Shown here: positions 51,071-64,000 of the stretch, piece after piece
How positions within the stretch are numbered: position 1 is the stretch's first letter
Layout: each line of letters opens with the position of its first letter
Assembly: GCA_964016885.1 (NCBI GenBank)
Contig: OZ024742.1
Span: forward strand, 199,702,001-199,766,000
Direction: 5' to 3'
DNA from: Eledone cirrhosa
Taxonomy: Eukaryota
Length of the DNA stretch: 64,000 nt
Made by a program: the position numbers and the translations under genes
The notes under the pieces: model-generated
Told to the model about the DNA's origin: nothing
The model's input: only the letters and a program-made list of their open reading frames with translations
The model's database searches: none

Positions 51071-51262
51071 AGGGCGGTGGATTGGCAGTATCGGTACAGA
51101 GTCGGACGCCATGCTTTCCAGCACAGTTACGTCCCTTTGCGAACTGAGTTCAAATCCCGCCGAGATTAACTTTGCCTTTCATCATTATGGGGTCGATGAA
51201 ATAAAGTACCAGTAATACACTGGAATAATTGCTGGCCTTGTGCCAAAAAGTAGAAACAATTA
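51071..51262 (+). mobile_element. SINE family A, full copy
   Basis: GGGCGGTGGATTGGCAGTATCGG...GAGTTCAAATCCCGCCGAG...GGCCTTGTGCCAAAAAGTAGAAAC. Confidence 0.87.
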
Positions 51263-51277
51263 TTTATTTATATATAA

Positions 51278-51326
<49 letters not shown>

Positions 51327-51344
51327 CATGTACATATATATATA

Positions 51345-52147
<803 letters not shown>

Positions 52148-52149
52148 TA

Positions 52150-52777
52150 TGTCAGGTCACCACTTGGTGCTACTGGTAACATGTATCCCAGTACAACCTG
52201 TCACATGGTCGGGTCGTTGGCGACTAAACTGGCAACCCCACCAAGGTTTCTTAGTGAGGAGGGTGACTTTGGACATCCTGCAGGACTAAAAACAAAACCT
52301 GTCAAAGGGCAAAGGAGCTCTTAAGAGTCAATGGCCATCCAAAATCACTGGGAGAGATGACCCCTTAGCCTTTGTCAAGGCAGAATTCTAGGAGAAGGAA
52401 AACTCTGATATAACACCTGCAACCCTGATGGTATCCAATGATGTTGACTTGTTCTTCTTTTTGGTAAATATCATCTTGGTTAAGCGAGTGGGACTGGCTT
52501 TGTGCAGTGCCTTTGCTCACTATAAAAGCTTCACGGCACAGGCATTGCTTTATATCTGGAGATCTCTCTGCACTTGTCGTCACATGGTACCATGGGCCCA
52601 GCACTATGTGTCAATGATTGTCACAAGTGTAGTGTTTGCACCAGAGTTTTCAAGTCGCTGGCTGGACTAAAAAGTCACACTCGTTCAGCGCATCGGTAGG
52701 GGTTCTCCTACATGGATATAAAGTAGTGGCCGTACTCGAAGACGAGTTGGCAGCCACCATGTATGTATGTATGTATG

Positions 52778-52780
<3 letters not shown>
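52150..52780 (+). mobile_element. Internally deleted RTE-like element with C2H2 zinc-finger 3' end, embedded in (TATG)n
   Basis: RTE-type 5' UTR signature GGAGAAGGAAAACTCTGAT; 3' ~200 nt match 20640-20840. Confidence 0.65.
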
Positions 52781-52828
<48 letters not shown>

Positions 52829-52832
<4 letters not shown>

Positions 52833-53467
52833 GGAAAAAATGAAACGATATTTCATTTCCCACTCTTAGTACGGCTGTTACTTAAATATAAGTATGTACA
52901 CGTACATACATATATGTATACCGACGTACAGTAGTATGTATATATATATATATACATACATGCACACATATATATATGCACGTATGGATTCACCGAACAT
53001 TTATTATAATGCTCGGTGTGTTTGTAAACAAACATCCCGTATTAAGCCGTAGTGTCTAGCAACCACCGTTGCTCGTTTGTTCAACACTGACAAAGGAACG
53101 CTGTACTAGTTTCAAGCTTGTTAGCTATCGTCAGCAACGTATACCTTCCTGCCAGATTGTTGAACGTATATTAACGGCTGAGTAGCCCAATATGCATATC
53201 GAGTAGGTTAATCGGCCGGGTGCCCCGAAAACGATAAACGGAAAAAATGAAACGATATTTCATTTCCCACTCTTAGTACGGCTGTTACTTAAATATATGT
53301 ACACGTACATACATATATGTATACCGACGTACATACATATATACATACATGCACACATATAATAAATGTTCGGTGAATCTATACGTGCATATATATATGT
53401 GTGCATGTATGTATATATATACATACTACTGTACGTCGGTATACATATATGTATGTACGTGTACATA

Positions 53468-53471
<4 letters not shown>
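52829..53471 (-). mobile_element. Retrozyme-like non-coding element copy 2 (407-nt unit, >1 unit, 5' inversion)
   Basis: ACGGAAAAAATGAAACG at 52831 and 53238; inverted segment 53361-53471. Confidence 0.75.
53098..53140 (-). ncRNA. Minimal type I hammerhead ribozyme
   Basis: ACGTTG-CTGACGA-T AGCT aaca AGCT T-GAAA-CTAG-TA-CAGCGT. Confidence 0.82.
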
Positions 53472-53542
<71 letters not shown>

Positions 53543-53705
53543 GAAAATAGAGAAGTTAATGTAAGCAAAAAGCCGACAATAATTCAGACATATAACTGAC
53601 TATAACATCAAGATGAAAAATGTTTAACGTAAGATTTAGGATAAGTAATACAATCTGAAAATCAAGAAAAAATACTTAACCGTCAATTTGGGCAAAACTA
53701 CAAAT

Positions 53706-53785
53706 GCACTATATAGTCTTAAAAGACTATTTCACGAAACTTTTCAGTGGGGTTAGTCTCGGTTGGGGTCGATCTTCAGTAGTGC
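53706..53785 (-). ncRNA. Type I hammerhead ribozyme with stable stem III
   Basis: GCACTA-CTGAAGA-TCGA...TCGT-GAAA-TAGTCTT tt AAGACTA-TA-TAGTGC. Confidence 0.72.
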
Positions 53786-54174
53786 TCAACGCATTAACTA
53801 AAATCACTGCTAACATGCGGGAGGGGAATTAAAAGCGGGCAAGCGAATAGCGTGTAGAATTGAAATAACAGAACACACGTGAACACACGTTAGTGATGCC
53901 GGGATGAGACGAAAATCTGTTTACAAGAAACACCAGTCGAAACATTCCGAAAAAACTCAATAAAAATATGGAGTTCAGCATAAGCAATATTATCGCAGTT
54001 ATATATATTTATATATACATATATTTATATATAAATAAATAATGTTAATATATAGATATGCATAGCGAAACCAAAATGTTACATAACCTCAATTAGAGGG
54101 CTGATGACGCGGGTTCCGTTATTTTGTTGTTTCCGAGGTATTCTATATATTATTTTTTTGTGTGTTATGCTTGT

Positions 54175-54256
<82 letters not shown>

Positions 54257-54446
54257 CTCTGCGTTTCATAGGTTATAGATTCCATACACTGGCGGTTTTC
54301 CCTGTTTTATTGATAGCGCACTGTATCTCTCTCTAATGTGTTACCTTTTCAACATATTGTAGTTTAAAGAGCTCAGGATCTCCTCTCCTTTGAGTACATT
54401 ATTTTCAGGGAATGGCGAGAGTCTATGGCTCCGTTAATGTATCGTG

Positions 54447-54483
<37 letters not shown>

Positions 54484-54521
54484 CGCACATATATATATAT
54501 ATATACATAAATGTATGTATA

Positions 54522-54635
<114 letters not shown>

Positions 54636-54763
54636 AATGTATACACACACACACACATATATATATATAAATATATATATATATACATATATATATATTT
54701 ATATATATTTATATATATATACACACACACATATATATATATGCATATATTATATATATATAT

Positions 54764-54824
<61 letters not shown>

Positions 54825-55139
54825 TACATAGATAGATAGATAGATTGATAGATAGATAGACAGAGAGAGAGAGAGAGCAAGAGAAAGCGTGAGAGACAAA
54901 TAACAAGACAAAAAACAAACCAAAACAAATGGATACAAAATATAACGGCGGGAAAATGTTCTTATTTCTGCGTTATTGTTCTCTTCTGAGTTCTGACCTA
55001 GTATTTTCTTAAACATCGTCGTAGTTATATTTCTTATATTATATTTGCTTTTCTCTTTTTCTTTTTTTGCTTTCGTTTTTTTTTTCCTTTTACGGTTTTT
55101 ATTGCTTTTTTAGAACATACCTTCCCGCTTCTCAGCCCC

Positions 55140-55680
55140 ATGACAATGATCATAAGAACGATGACAGTAATGATGATGACGACAACGATGACAACGATAA
55201 GGACAACGACCATCACGGCAACCACCAGCAGAAACCACCGCAATCACAACCCCCGCCAGCAATAGAATCTCACATCATTGCCATCTTCACCACCACCGCC
55301 GCCACCACCACAACCATCATCATTACTATCCTCACTATCACCCGCCTCCAACCAGCTTCCTTACCAGCTTCTCCACCATCGCTAAACACCGAAACACCCC
55401 ATAAACACCACCACCACCACCACTACCACCACCACCACCAACCACAACAACAACAACAACAACAAAAACAACAACGACAACAACATCACCTTCATCGCCA
55501 CCACCAACATGACAACGACGACGACGACCACCACCACCACCACCACCACGACCACCTCCACCACCACCAATACGATGACGACGACGACGACCACCACCAC
55601 CACCACCACCACCTCCACCACCACCTCCAACAACACGATGACAATGACGACGACTACCACCACTACCACCACCATTACGC
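55140..55680. repeat. (CAC/CAA/GAC)n low-complexity array
   Basis: directly visible. Confidence 0.9.
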
Positions 55681-56119
55681 GTATATGTAAAAAGAATTAG
55701 AATGAGAAAATAGTTGAAAGAATGTGCCAACATTGCTCTAAATGACCCCCACAGATTGTTCTTAAATAAGCATAAAAAATAACTGTATGTCATTTTAGGC
55801 CGAAGCAAATGTTTATACAGACTCCCAGGACTGCACCAGAGCGTTTCTAATCTGGTCATTTCCATATACCATTTAAGTCTTTAGTCTTGAAGTTCTCCGT
55901 CCTGAAACGTTGGTGGGTGTAATTTAGCCCGATAAATATAATATTATGTATTATAGTACCCAAACAGAAGTGATTTAGTACCCAAACAGAGGTGCTTTAG
56001 TTCAACAAGTATTATTGTATACGGCGGTGGATTGGCAGTATCAGTAGAGGGTCGGATGCCATGCTTCAAAGCATGGTGTCCGACTCTCTTCCGATACTGC
56101 CAATCCACCGCCCTAATAA

Positions 56120-56452
56120 ACTGTCAATGATAAGAATATCTACCAGTGACAATCGGCGCACTTGGAATGATAAAAAAAGGAACTGAAATATATTTGGGCT
56201 GTACACTTGGATACAGAAAATAGTGTTGACTGGCACTGACCATTTCGTGAAAAGGGCATTATCAATTTAAAAACTTTACAAAGACATTTACTGTTTTTTA
56301 TGCCCTTGTGGCATCATTTGTATGACAATTGATTGTAAAATATGTGTATTATCAAATTTTGCCTCCTGTGTCAGTTTGGAACTCGGCATGATTTCGGAAA
56401 GAAGCAGAATTTAAACGAACTTTCAAATAATAATATTATAATTATTATTATA
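56120..56452 (+). mobile_element. R4/Dong-like LINE extreme 3' end
   Basis: PVTIGALGMIKKG and IQKIVLTGTDHFVKRALSI*, then a UTR ending in a (TAA)-rich tail. Confidence 0.6.
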
Positions 56453-56840
56453 AGGGCAGTAGATTGGCAGAATCGGTAGAGCGTCTGACCAAATATTTTA
56501 CTGTATTTTGTTATCGTTCTTTAAGTTCTGAGTTTAGCTTTGCCTTTGATCCTTCTTGGGTCGTTAAAATAAAGTATGAATAAAAATATTGAGGTCGATA
56601 TAATCAATTTACCCTTCCCCCACAAGTTTTTGAATTTGTGTCTAAATTAGAAACCATCGTCATTATTATTAAGGGCCGTAACTCTATGCTTTGCAGCATA
56701 GAGTTAAGGCCTTTTACGGTCTGAGTTCAAATACTGCCGAAGTTAACTTTACCTTTCATCTTTACAGGGTCGATAAAATAAAGTACCAGTAATGCACTGG
56801 AATAATTGCTGGCCCTGTGCCAAAAGTAGAAACAATTATT
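56453..56840 (+). mobile_element. Two tandem SINE family A copies
   Basis: 56453-56660 diverged full copy; 56672-56840 3' part. Confidence 0.8.
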
Positions 56841-56901
56841 AATATTAGTAGTAATTGGTGGGTTAGTAGAATTGCTAGAATTCTGCTTAAATTAGAAATT
56901 A

Positions 56902-57965
56902 CACTGCATGACAAAATGAAAAAAAGTTTCTTTATCAAGAGATAATTAGGGTGATTTTAGTTCATTTTAAGGTGCTCTTCCTGAAGAGTAAGTCAGTTTT
57001 GTTCCATCACATCTAGATTTCGATCTGCAATATACCAAATTAATAGAAACGTAATGTCAAGTGTTCTTATTTGTCTTTTAAGAATGTTTTGGTGTTTTTT
57101 TTTGTCATAATGGAAAAGTTGTAAAAGTACATGTAACACATATTAGGTCATGAATATTTTTAGAACATTTTCAATGAGAGAGCTGTATGGATTTTGAAAT
57201 TCTTAATTCATGCCCTAAAATAAGAATAACCGGATCATTTTGTTCAAAACGATGCTTATTTGGATGGAGCAATGCTCAGAGAACTTAATGCCTTAGTCCA
57301 GGGAACCAAAACAATAACGTACAGTCACTGAAAGAAGAAATTTATTGAATCTTTCGACACACACAAGGAACTGGGTTTGGTTTATTGCAAGAACATCACT
57401 GGTTTGATACTGGCACTGAGAATTTCCTCTGATGTCAAAACATATTGGTGGTTATTCATTAATTGCAAGACATATTGATGGTTATTCATTAAGGGCGGTG
57501 GATTGGCAGTATCGGTAAAGTCGGACACCATGCTTTGCAGCGTAGAGTTACGGTCCTTCACGGTCTGAGTTCAAATCCCGCCGAGGTTAACTTTGCCTTT
57601 CATCCCTACGGGGTCGATAAAATAAAGCACCGGTAACGTACTGGGGTTGATTTAATCGACTTTCCCCTTCCCCAAATTACTGGCCTTGTGACTATACTAG
57701 AAATCATTCATTAATTGCAGTCTTTCCAGCTTAAAGGCAGTCGTTTTGTATGTTGGGAATGAGTACCCAGGGATTCCAGTGGGATATTCGAGGAAAGTAA
57801 AAGAGTCATAAGTCATTATCAAGATGTTACTTTCCTGGATCAGGTTTGATGATTTCAAATGGAAAGCTTGAGGTGACTTCACGATCATAGGTTTTTTAAC
57901 TGGAATGCAAAAGGGTCACGCGAAGTTTTCCTGCTTCTTGTCCCTGTGGGGCACGAGTCACTGGA
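56902..57965 (+). mobile_element. DNA transposon remnant, probably CMC/Chapaev3-like, interrupted by a SINE
   Basis: starts TTA|CACTG; transposase-like FINCSLSSLKAVVLYVGNEYPGIPVGYS...GDFTIIGFLTGMQKGHAKFSCFL; family assignment from memory of the motif. Confidence 0.5.
57493..57705 (+). mobile_element. SINE family A, full copy
   Basis: A box 57504-57515, B box 57567-57577; flanked by a repeated ATTCATTAA (TSD-like). Confidence 0.88.
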
Positions 57966-58706
57966 CACTGAGGGGCAACCAATCAAGTTGCTGAAATATA
58001 TCTTTCCTCGATTAAGGTGAGTGAGAACAGCGAGATTGACGCAGCTAAATGGGTCTACTCTGAATATATTTTTCTAAGATTGGAAGAAAAGAAACTGTCA
58101 AAGGCCACTTACTATTCTTTTAGTGATACAGAGTAATCCGGGATTTGTGTAATCTCACCCCGAATTACTTTAGGTGCCCTTCATTCCTGTAGCGGAATTA
58201 TATTAGTATGTCTATTTCAGAATAATACATTTGATGGATATATGTACCCATCAAATACATATATCCTTGTGGCTGATTGGATAATATATACATCTTCTGA
58301 TGAGTGTTCAATAAAATCTGAAAATCGATTAAAGTTGTGTATAATTTTCCCAACTTACAGGGTAAGTCGTATTTTCTGGCATATTTACATGCCTGCAAAT
58401 TAAATATGTGTATATATTTATACACACATAACACAAATTGATTATAAAATACAAAGTTATACATATATTTTATCATATCACTATATATATATTTCATTAT
58501 AATATTTCATATATATCATTTCATTTCATTGCATATTTCGTTACAATAACATGATATTCATTAAAACTTTCAGATATATTTTAATATATTTCAACTTCAA
58601 CCAAAAACCGAACGATACTTGAGAAAGGATTTATATCAAGAAATAAGATTTTTTCCATTGTTTATTCAAATACAACACAGAACACTTCAACAACAACTAC
58701 AGGAAG

Positions 58707-58872
58707 CTTCTTCTTCTTCTTCTTCTTCTTCTTCTTCTTCTTCTTCTTCTTCTTCTTCTTCTTCTTCTTCTTCTTCTTCTTCTTCTTCTTCTTCTTCTTC
58801 TTCTTCTTCTTCTTCTTCTTCTTCTTCTTCTTCTTCTTCTTCTTCTTCTTCACCACCACCACCACCACCACC
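58707..58872. repeat. (CTT)n + (CCA)n microsatellite
   Basis: directly visible. Confidence 0.97.
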
Positions 58873-59469
58873 ATTATCATCATACCATTAATACCATGCA
58901 GTAATGCCACTCAATGCCAATTATTTACTTATCTTCACTGTGGCGGTTCGGGTCCGAAGACACCCGAGCTCTCAATAGTGACTGACATAGAAAGACAACG
59001 GCCATTCCATACCGAGTGTTTAGAGTTTATCTATGAAAAGAAATTAGATTTATATAATTTCTTCTTAAATATTACCCACAATGAACAAAACATCACAAGA
59101 TATTTCATAACATTAAATACTATGACATCAAACGTTGGTTTCCCAACGCAATAAAACTATTTTGAAAGCGAAACAACTTAAGTAGTTAATATTCTGATTA
59201 AAAGCAAACTAAAACTAAAACTAAAACTTTTTTTTTATATAAAAAAAAAATAATTTTTATATAAAAAAAAATTTTTTATATAAAAAAATTTTTTTTATAT
59301 AAAAAAAAAATTAATTTTTTGTAAAATTTTCCTTTTCTTTTCAGTTTATATTAAGTAGTAAGCGTCTAGTTTTATATCAACTTAAATTTTTCTGCATTGC
59401 GATCGATGTATTTTATCTTAGAGAATGCCGCTTAGATGTTAAGACAATATTCATGATATATATATATAT

Positions 59470-60456
59470 ATACTATGAATAACGAGTTCTAAACTCAAAC
59501 AGTCCTTTACAATGAAATAGCTCATAGAAAGAAGTATTTCTGAGCCATGTAATACAAGTTAATATAAATTAATATATTTGATAAACACTAATACCAACAT
59601 ATAAGTGTTTGTATTGTAAATGACTAAGTTAGCTAGATTGAAAAATACTAATTATAATAATACAGTTTGCCTGTCTCGATTTAAAATAATTATGGAAACA
59701 TATTTGGATTTCGAAGTTTAAACTTATCTACGGAGCAGGTTTGGATTTTGAAATTTAAATTTGTCCAAGTACCACGGCCATTTGCCAATATGATTTGTTT
59801 TTATTGATTTATTATTTTAAATCGAGTCAGGCAAACTGTATTATTATAATTAGTATTTTTCAATCTAGCTAACTTAGTCATTTACAATACAAACACTTAT
59901 ATGTTGGTATTAGTGTTTATCAAATATATTAATTTATATTAACTTGTATTACACGGCTCAGAAATACTTCTTTCTTTGAGCTATTTCATTGTAAAGGACT
60001 GTTTGAGTTTAGAACTCGTTATTCATAGTATCACGGCTCCTCTGTCGAGCTAATTTTTAGCCCCATAAAAACGGCTGTTATTTCTAGCAGCACGAGTATG
60101 AGGCAGCTAGACACCGAAAAACCATGTGCGTTATTCAGTCTTCTTAAATATTTTGAAGTGAAACATACCAATTTTTCAGGGTACTTGCTGAAGAGATCTG
60201 AATTTGGTATTCTTTCACTTTTTCATTTATCGAAACATATTTGAATTTCGAAGTTTAAACTTATCTACGGAGCAGGTTTGGATTTTGAAATTTAAATTTA
60301 TCCAAGTACCACGGCCATTTGCCAATGTGATTTGTTTTTATTGATGTATTATTATAATTAGTATTTTTCAATCTAGCTAACTTAGTCATTTACAATACAA
60401 ACACTTATATGTTGGTATTAGTGTTTATCAAATATATTAATTTATATTAACTTGTA
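59470..60456 (+). mobile_element. Retrozyme-like non-coding element (537-nt unit, ~1.4 units, 220-bp 5' inversion)
   Basis: GAAACATATTTG at 59695 and 60232; 59471-59690 is the reverse complement of 59811-60030; (TA)n on both sides. Confidence 0.75.
60180..60310 (+). ncRNA. Type I hammerhead ribozyme with ~30-bp stem III
   Basis: GGTACTTG-CTGAAGA-GAT...ATC-GAAA-long hairpin-TC-CAAGTACC (8-bp perfect stem I). Confidence 0.78.
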
Positions 60457-60691
60457 TATATATATATATATATATATATTTCGTTTCTGAATTTGTTTAG
60501 CAAGATTCTTTATCTGAAAACGTGTGTTGAAACCGATATTGTTATACTTTGGTAGGGTCATGTTGCCAATAAGAAACACACGCACCAGTTGCTTACACTT
60601 CAATTTATTATAAATTAAATTTATAAATTTAGGAATTTATAAATTTCCGGTTGGTTGGTTGGTTCCACAACCAGACGATTGTTCATATATT

Positions 60692-60734
60692 GTCAAAGTT
60701 CTTTCGTCACAGATTCTGTGACCTCTTCAGTGAC
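60692..60734 (-). ncRNA. Minimal type I hammerhead ribozyme (family D)
   Basis: GTCA-CTGAAGA-G-GTCACAGA a TCTGTGAC-GAAA-GAAC-TT-TGAC. Confidence 0.75.
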
Positions 60735-61034
60735 TGGGGATTCTTTTCTTTGTTTTTGTGCCTCTCCTTTGTTCTGTCCTACGCCATCTTGTTTAGGATG
60801 TTGTTGTAATTCAATCCGAAGCTTTGTTGTTATGTAAGAGGTGTTTCCAGACGTGTGGACAACGTGTGAAGAATTCATTTCTTGAGTTTAGGCAATCGCT
60901 ATTAACTCAACGTTAAAACCAATGTAGGAAAAGCATTTCTAGCCCTCTTAGATAGACACTTTCCCATAGGTCATAAAGACCGCTCCATCTTTAACCGACA
61001 CAAAGTAAAACTAGGATACTCCTGCGCTAAGAAT

Positions 61035-61532
61035 ATGAAGGCCCACATCACCAACAGCCCTAAGAGCAACACCCCACCAGGGTGCTCTTGCCGAAAGCCT
61101 GAAGCTTGTCCCCTTCAACAGCAATGCAACACACCCGCTGTAGTTTATGAAGCTGTGGTCACTTCCAACCGACCAAATCAACCACAGGAGGTCAAATCCT
61201 ATGTGTGTATGGCGGAGGGCCGATTTAAGGAAAGCTTCCTGAACCATCAGTCGACCTTTAGGTACCCTGACAAACGATCATCCATGAAACTCGCGAGCCA
61301 CGTATGGTCCCTCAAGGACTCAAGTATATACTACTCCATTCAACGGAAAGTCATCACTAAGTCCAAGCCATACGCAAGAGGCAATCCGTCGTGCGGACTA
61401 TTTTTTGATGAAAGAATAAATATTCTAAAGAGATTACGCAATAGCGATTGCCTAAACTCAAGAAATGAATTCTTCACACGTTGTCCACACGTCTGGAAAC
61501 ACCTCTTACATAACTACAAAGCTTCGGATTGA
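61035..61532 (+). pseudogene. PLE GIY-YIG endonuclease domain fragment
   Basis: 165-aa ORF with GIY-YIG-like VVY...SYVC and a terminal Cys/His cluster; 5'-truncated. Confidence 0.82.
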
Positions 61533-61698
61533 ATTACAACAACATCCTAATTTTCTTATCAATTAGAAACTTTCGGACTTTCGCAGTTATCGCCCTTACA
61601 CCTTTCGCACGCAATTTTGTATTGCCTTGGTGAAGTGAGCATTTCTACGCATGCGCGTCCACACGGTTGTCCTTCCTGTTCCGTATAACCATGTCCAT

Positions 61699-61739
61699 TA
61701 CGAGCTGAGGATCCGCTAGGGTGAAACAATTGTTCTGTA
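61699..61739 (+). ncRNA. Minimal hammerhead motif
   Basis: TAC(G)AG-CTGAGGA-TCC gcta GGGT-GAAA-CAATTG-TT-CTGTA. Confidence 0.58.
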
Positions 61740-62270
61740 TGGTGAACTAACTGTTGTATAACCACTTCTATATATATATATATAATTTATATATATATAT
61801 ATGCATATATATATATATGCATATATATATTTTGAGTATATGTTGGTTGTTTACCGACACCTCAGTATGCAGATTGGAGCACTCGACGAAGTACGCAGGT
61901 TGGTTTGGTTACTCCGGTGTAATGTAAAATAAAATAATTAAGTCAAATATTTAAAATTTGGCTTCCTTTATTAAAGGTATACTGCTATATATATTTCGGT
62001 GACAGCCATCCTTATATATCTGACCAAGAATGCCTTTGTGAAAATCAGTCATGTGGAACTATTGTCATCTTGCCTGACGGTTTGAACCTTACAGAACCAC
62101 CTGTCTCTTTGAGGTCAAATACCAACCTACTACCATCTACAAACTGACCAATGAGAATCAAGACTATTCCTGCTGACAACATCAAAATATTCCTAACAAG
62201 CTCATATGTCCAAAAGCTCTGATACCATCAACACTATACACACAGAACTGCCATATCTAAGAACTGACTA

Positions 62271-62326
62271 ACTGCCTGATGAGGTCATAGCCATTCAATG
62301 GCTATCATCGAAATATATATAGCAGT
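62271..62326 (+). ncRNA. Type I hammerhead ribozyme (same family as 17605)
   Basis: ACTGC-CTGATGA-GGT CATAGCCATT c AATGGCTAT CATC-GAAA-TATATA-TA-GCAGT; an inverted 3' half lies at 61981-62010. Confidence 0.82.
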
Positions 62327-62360
62327 AAATGAGTTCATGCAATTGACTTATGTTTCGTCG

Positions 62361-62426
<66 letters not shown>

Positions 62427-63025
62427 ATGTATATATATAAACACACACATATATATGAATTACGTATCTATAACGCGCTTGAGAGACAAAGAGAAAGAAA
62501 GGGGGGAAAGAAAGAGAGTGAGAGAAAGAAAGAGAGAGCGGGAAAGAGAGTGACAGAGAGAGAGAGAGAGAGAGAGTGAGTGAGAGAAAGAGTGAGCGAG
62601 AGAAAGAGGGAAAGGGAGGGAGAGAGAGAGTGAGAGAAGTAAAGAGAGTGAACACTAAATCTTTGAACGTTATCAAATTTCCTTTGAGAAAGATTTCAAG
62701 ACACGGTTTATAATAATTTATAATTTCAACAGGAGAAACTAGCTTATATGACAAATGTCCTCCCTGTAACTCAATACTGAAGAATTACCAGTAAAAGTTC
62801 AAACCATGAAATAATGTAAAATATAAATAAAAAGTGAAAGAAAGAAAGGAAAAATAATATTAACAAAATCTAAATGAAAACACAAACATAAAAATATCAC
62901 AAACATTTAAATTGAAATAACCTTTTTAATCCGTTTTCTGGAGGGTGGTCGTATTCTCGTGTCTTTGAGACGAGAAAATTGATTTCACGAATGCCTTTAT
63001 CAATAGGCTAATAATGGTTCCTTAT

Positions 63026-63400
63026 ATAGGCACAAGGTCAGCAATTTTGGGGGAGGGGGGAAAGTCGATTAAATCGACACCATTGCGTGACTGGTGCTTT
63101 ATTTTACCCACCCCGTAAAGATGAAAGGCAAAGTTAACCTCGGTGGGATTTGAACTCAGACTGTAAAGGGCCGTAACTCTATACCGCGAAGCAGAGTGTC
63201 CGACGCTCTACCGATTCTGCCAATCCACTGGTAAATAATATTGTCAGGCGGCTAATTGACAGAGGTGTTAGGGCGTCGGATAGAATGCCTTGTGGTATTC
63301 GTTCCGGCTCTCTACGTTCTAGGTTCAAATGCCTCCGAGCTCAACTTTGATTTTCATCCTTTTTTCGAAGTCTACAAATAAAGTACAGTTCAATACTGGG
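63026..63400. mobile_element. Two divergently oriented SINE family A copies
   Basis: 63026-63229 minus (A and B boxes present); 63247-63400 plus, diverged. Confidence 0.8.
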
Positions 63401-64000
63401 TTCTATCCTTTCTTTACTCCCACCTCTCTCTCTCTCACTCTCTTCCTCTGTCCCCACCCCCTCTCTCTCCTCTCACTCATTCTTCTTTCTCTTTCTCTGA
63501 AAGAAATCGGCTGGGTTCAGACCTGGAGAGGAATGGACTCCACCTGATTTAAATGACTTAAATGCTGTACATCACTCAGGGCGTCCCTACGATTCCCTCG
63601 GAAGTTAAGTACCCATGACATGGCATGACAATAAGATAACAGAAATGTCATTTTGATCATTAATAAAAAAGAAACACACCCAAACTATTATATTAACTTC
63701 TCGTTATTTCGTGATGGCAAAATTTTCACCGAACAATTGATTGCAGTGGAATTGTATCACAAAAAGTGCAACGAAACATTTCACTTGTTTAGCTAGTGAC
63801 TTAATTCGAGACGGCGTTTTCAAACTGAAGCAATTAATTACATCGGGGGAAGAGTAATTTTTTTGTGTGAAAAAAAAAAAAAAATGACACAAAAATTGTT
63901 AAATTCATTTTTGATTTATCATTTATTTCGTGGTGTCAATTTTTTCTTTGCACCCTTTGTGAACTGGTTCCTGACACAATTCCACTACAAATCTGCGAGA

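Larger units (their letters stand above)
60480..61550 (+). mobile_element. Penelope-like element 3' part (GIY-YIG) with long inverted 3' end (family D)
   Basis: CSCRKPEACPL, VVYEAVV, KSYVCMAEGRFKE, LASHVWSLKD, CLNSRNEFFTRCPH; 60793-60903 is inverted at 61440-61550. Confidence 0.87.

Noticed and set aside
51071-51170. tRNA genes at the A/B-box motifs
   Set aside because: No complete cloverleaf; the boxes are followed by a shared SINE body in many copies
54060-54125. AGAGGG-CTGATGA-CGCGGG (second copy at ~50985-51050, minus)
   Set aside because: Repeated fragment with only a 5' half-core; no 3' half visible, so not called as a ribozyme
58198-58497. Possible host exon on the minus strand (TTTGCAG acceptor near 58393, GTAAGT donor 34 nt later)
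   Set aside because: No recognisable protein similarity, no partner exons, and it overlaps a hammerhead relic; cannot be excluded without RNA-seq

Overview
Eukaryotic, AT-rich, microsatellite-saturated intergenic or intronic DNA with no recognisable host exon, rRNA or true tRNA gene. The repeat families and (TA)n/(CA)n load suggest a cephalopod (Octopus-like) genome, which is an inference. The window is almost entirely mobile DNA: a decayed Tx1-clade LINE (1-4668), a near-intact RTE LINE (minus, ~9856-13168), other RTE and R4/Dong fragments, several Penelope-like element (PLE) remnants (RT and GIY-YIG), many tRNA-derived SINEs, a mariner-type deletion derivative, Helitron-like and Chapaev-like pieces, and a 98-bp satellite. 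The main signal hidden from the ORF track is about 20 type I hammerhead ribozyme (HHR) motifs (stem I-CUGANGA-stem II-GAAA-stem III-UH-stem I'), folded by eye on both strands, in roughly ten sequence families. Some lie in PLE 3' ends. Two families are non-coding, more-than-unit-length direct repeats (~407-426 nt and 537 nt) with 5' inversions that resemble circular-RNA-derived retrozymes. One family carries a compensatory U3-A8 core, and many insertions are palindromes with both 3' ends facing outward into (TA)n. No database search or folding computation was run.
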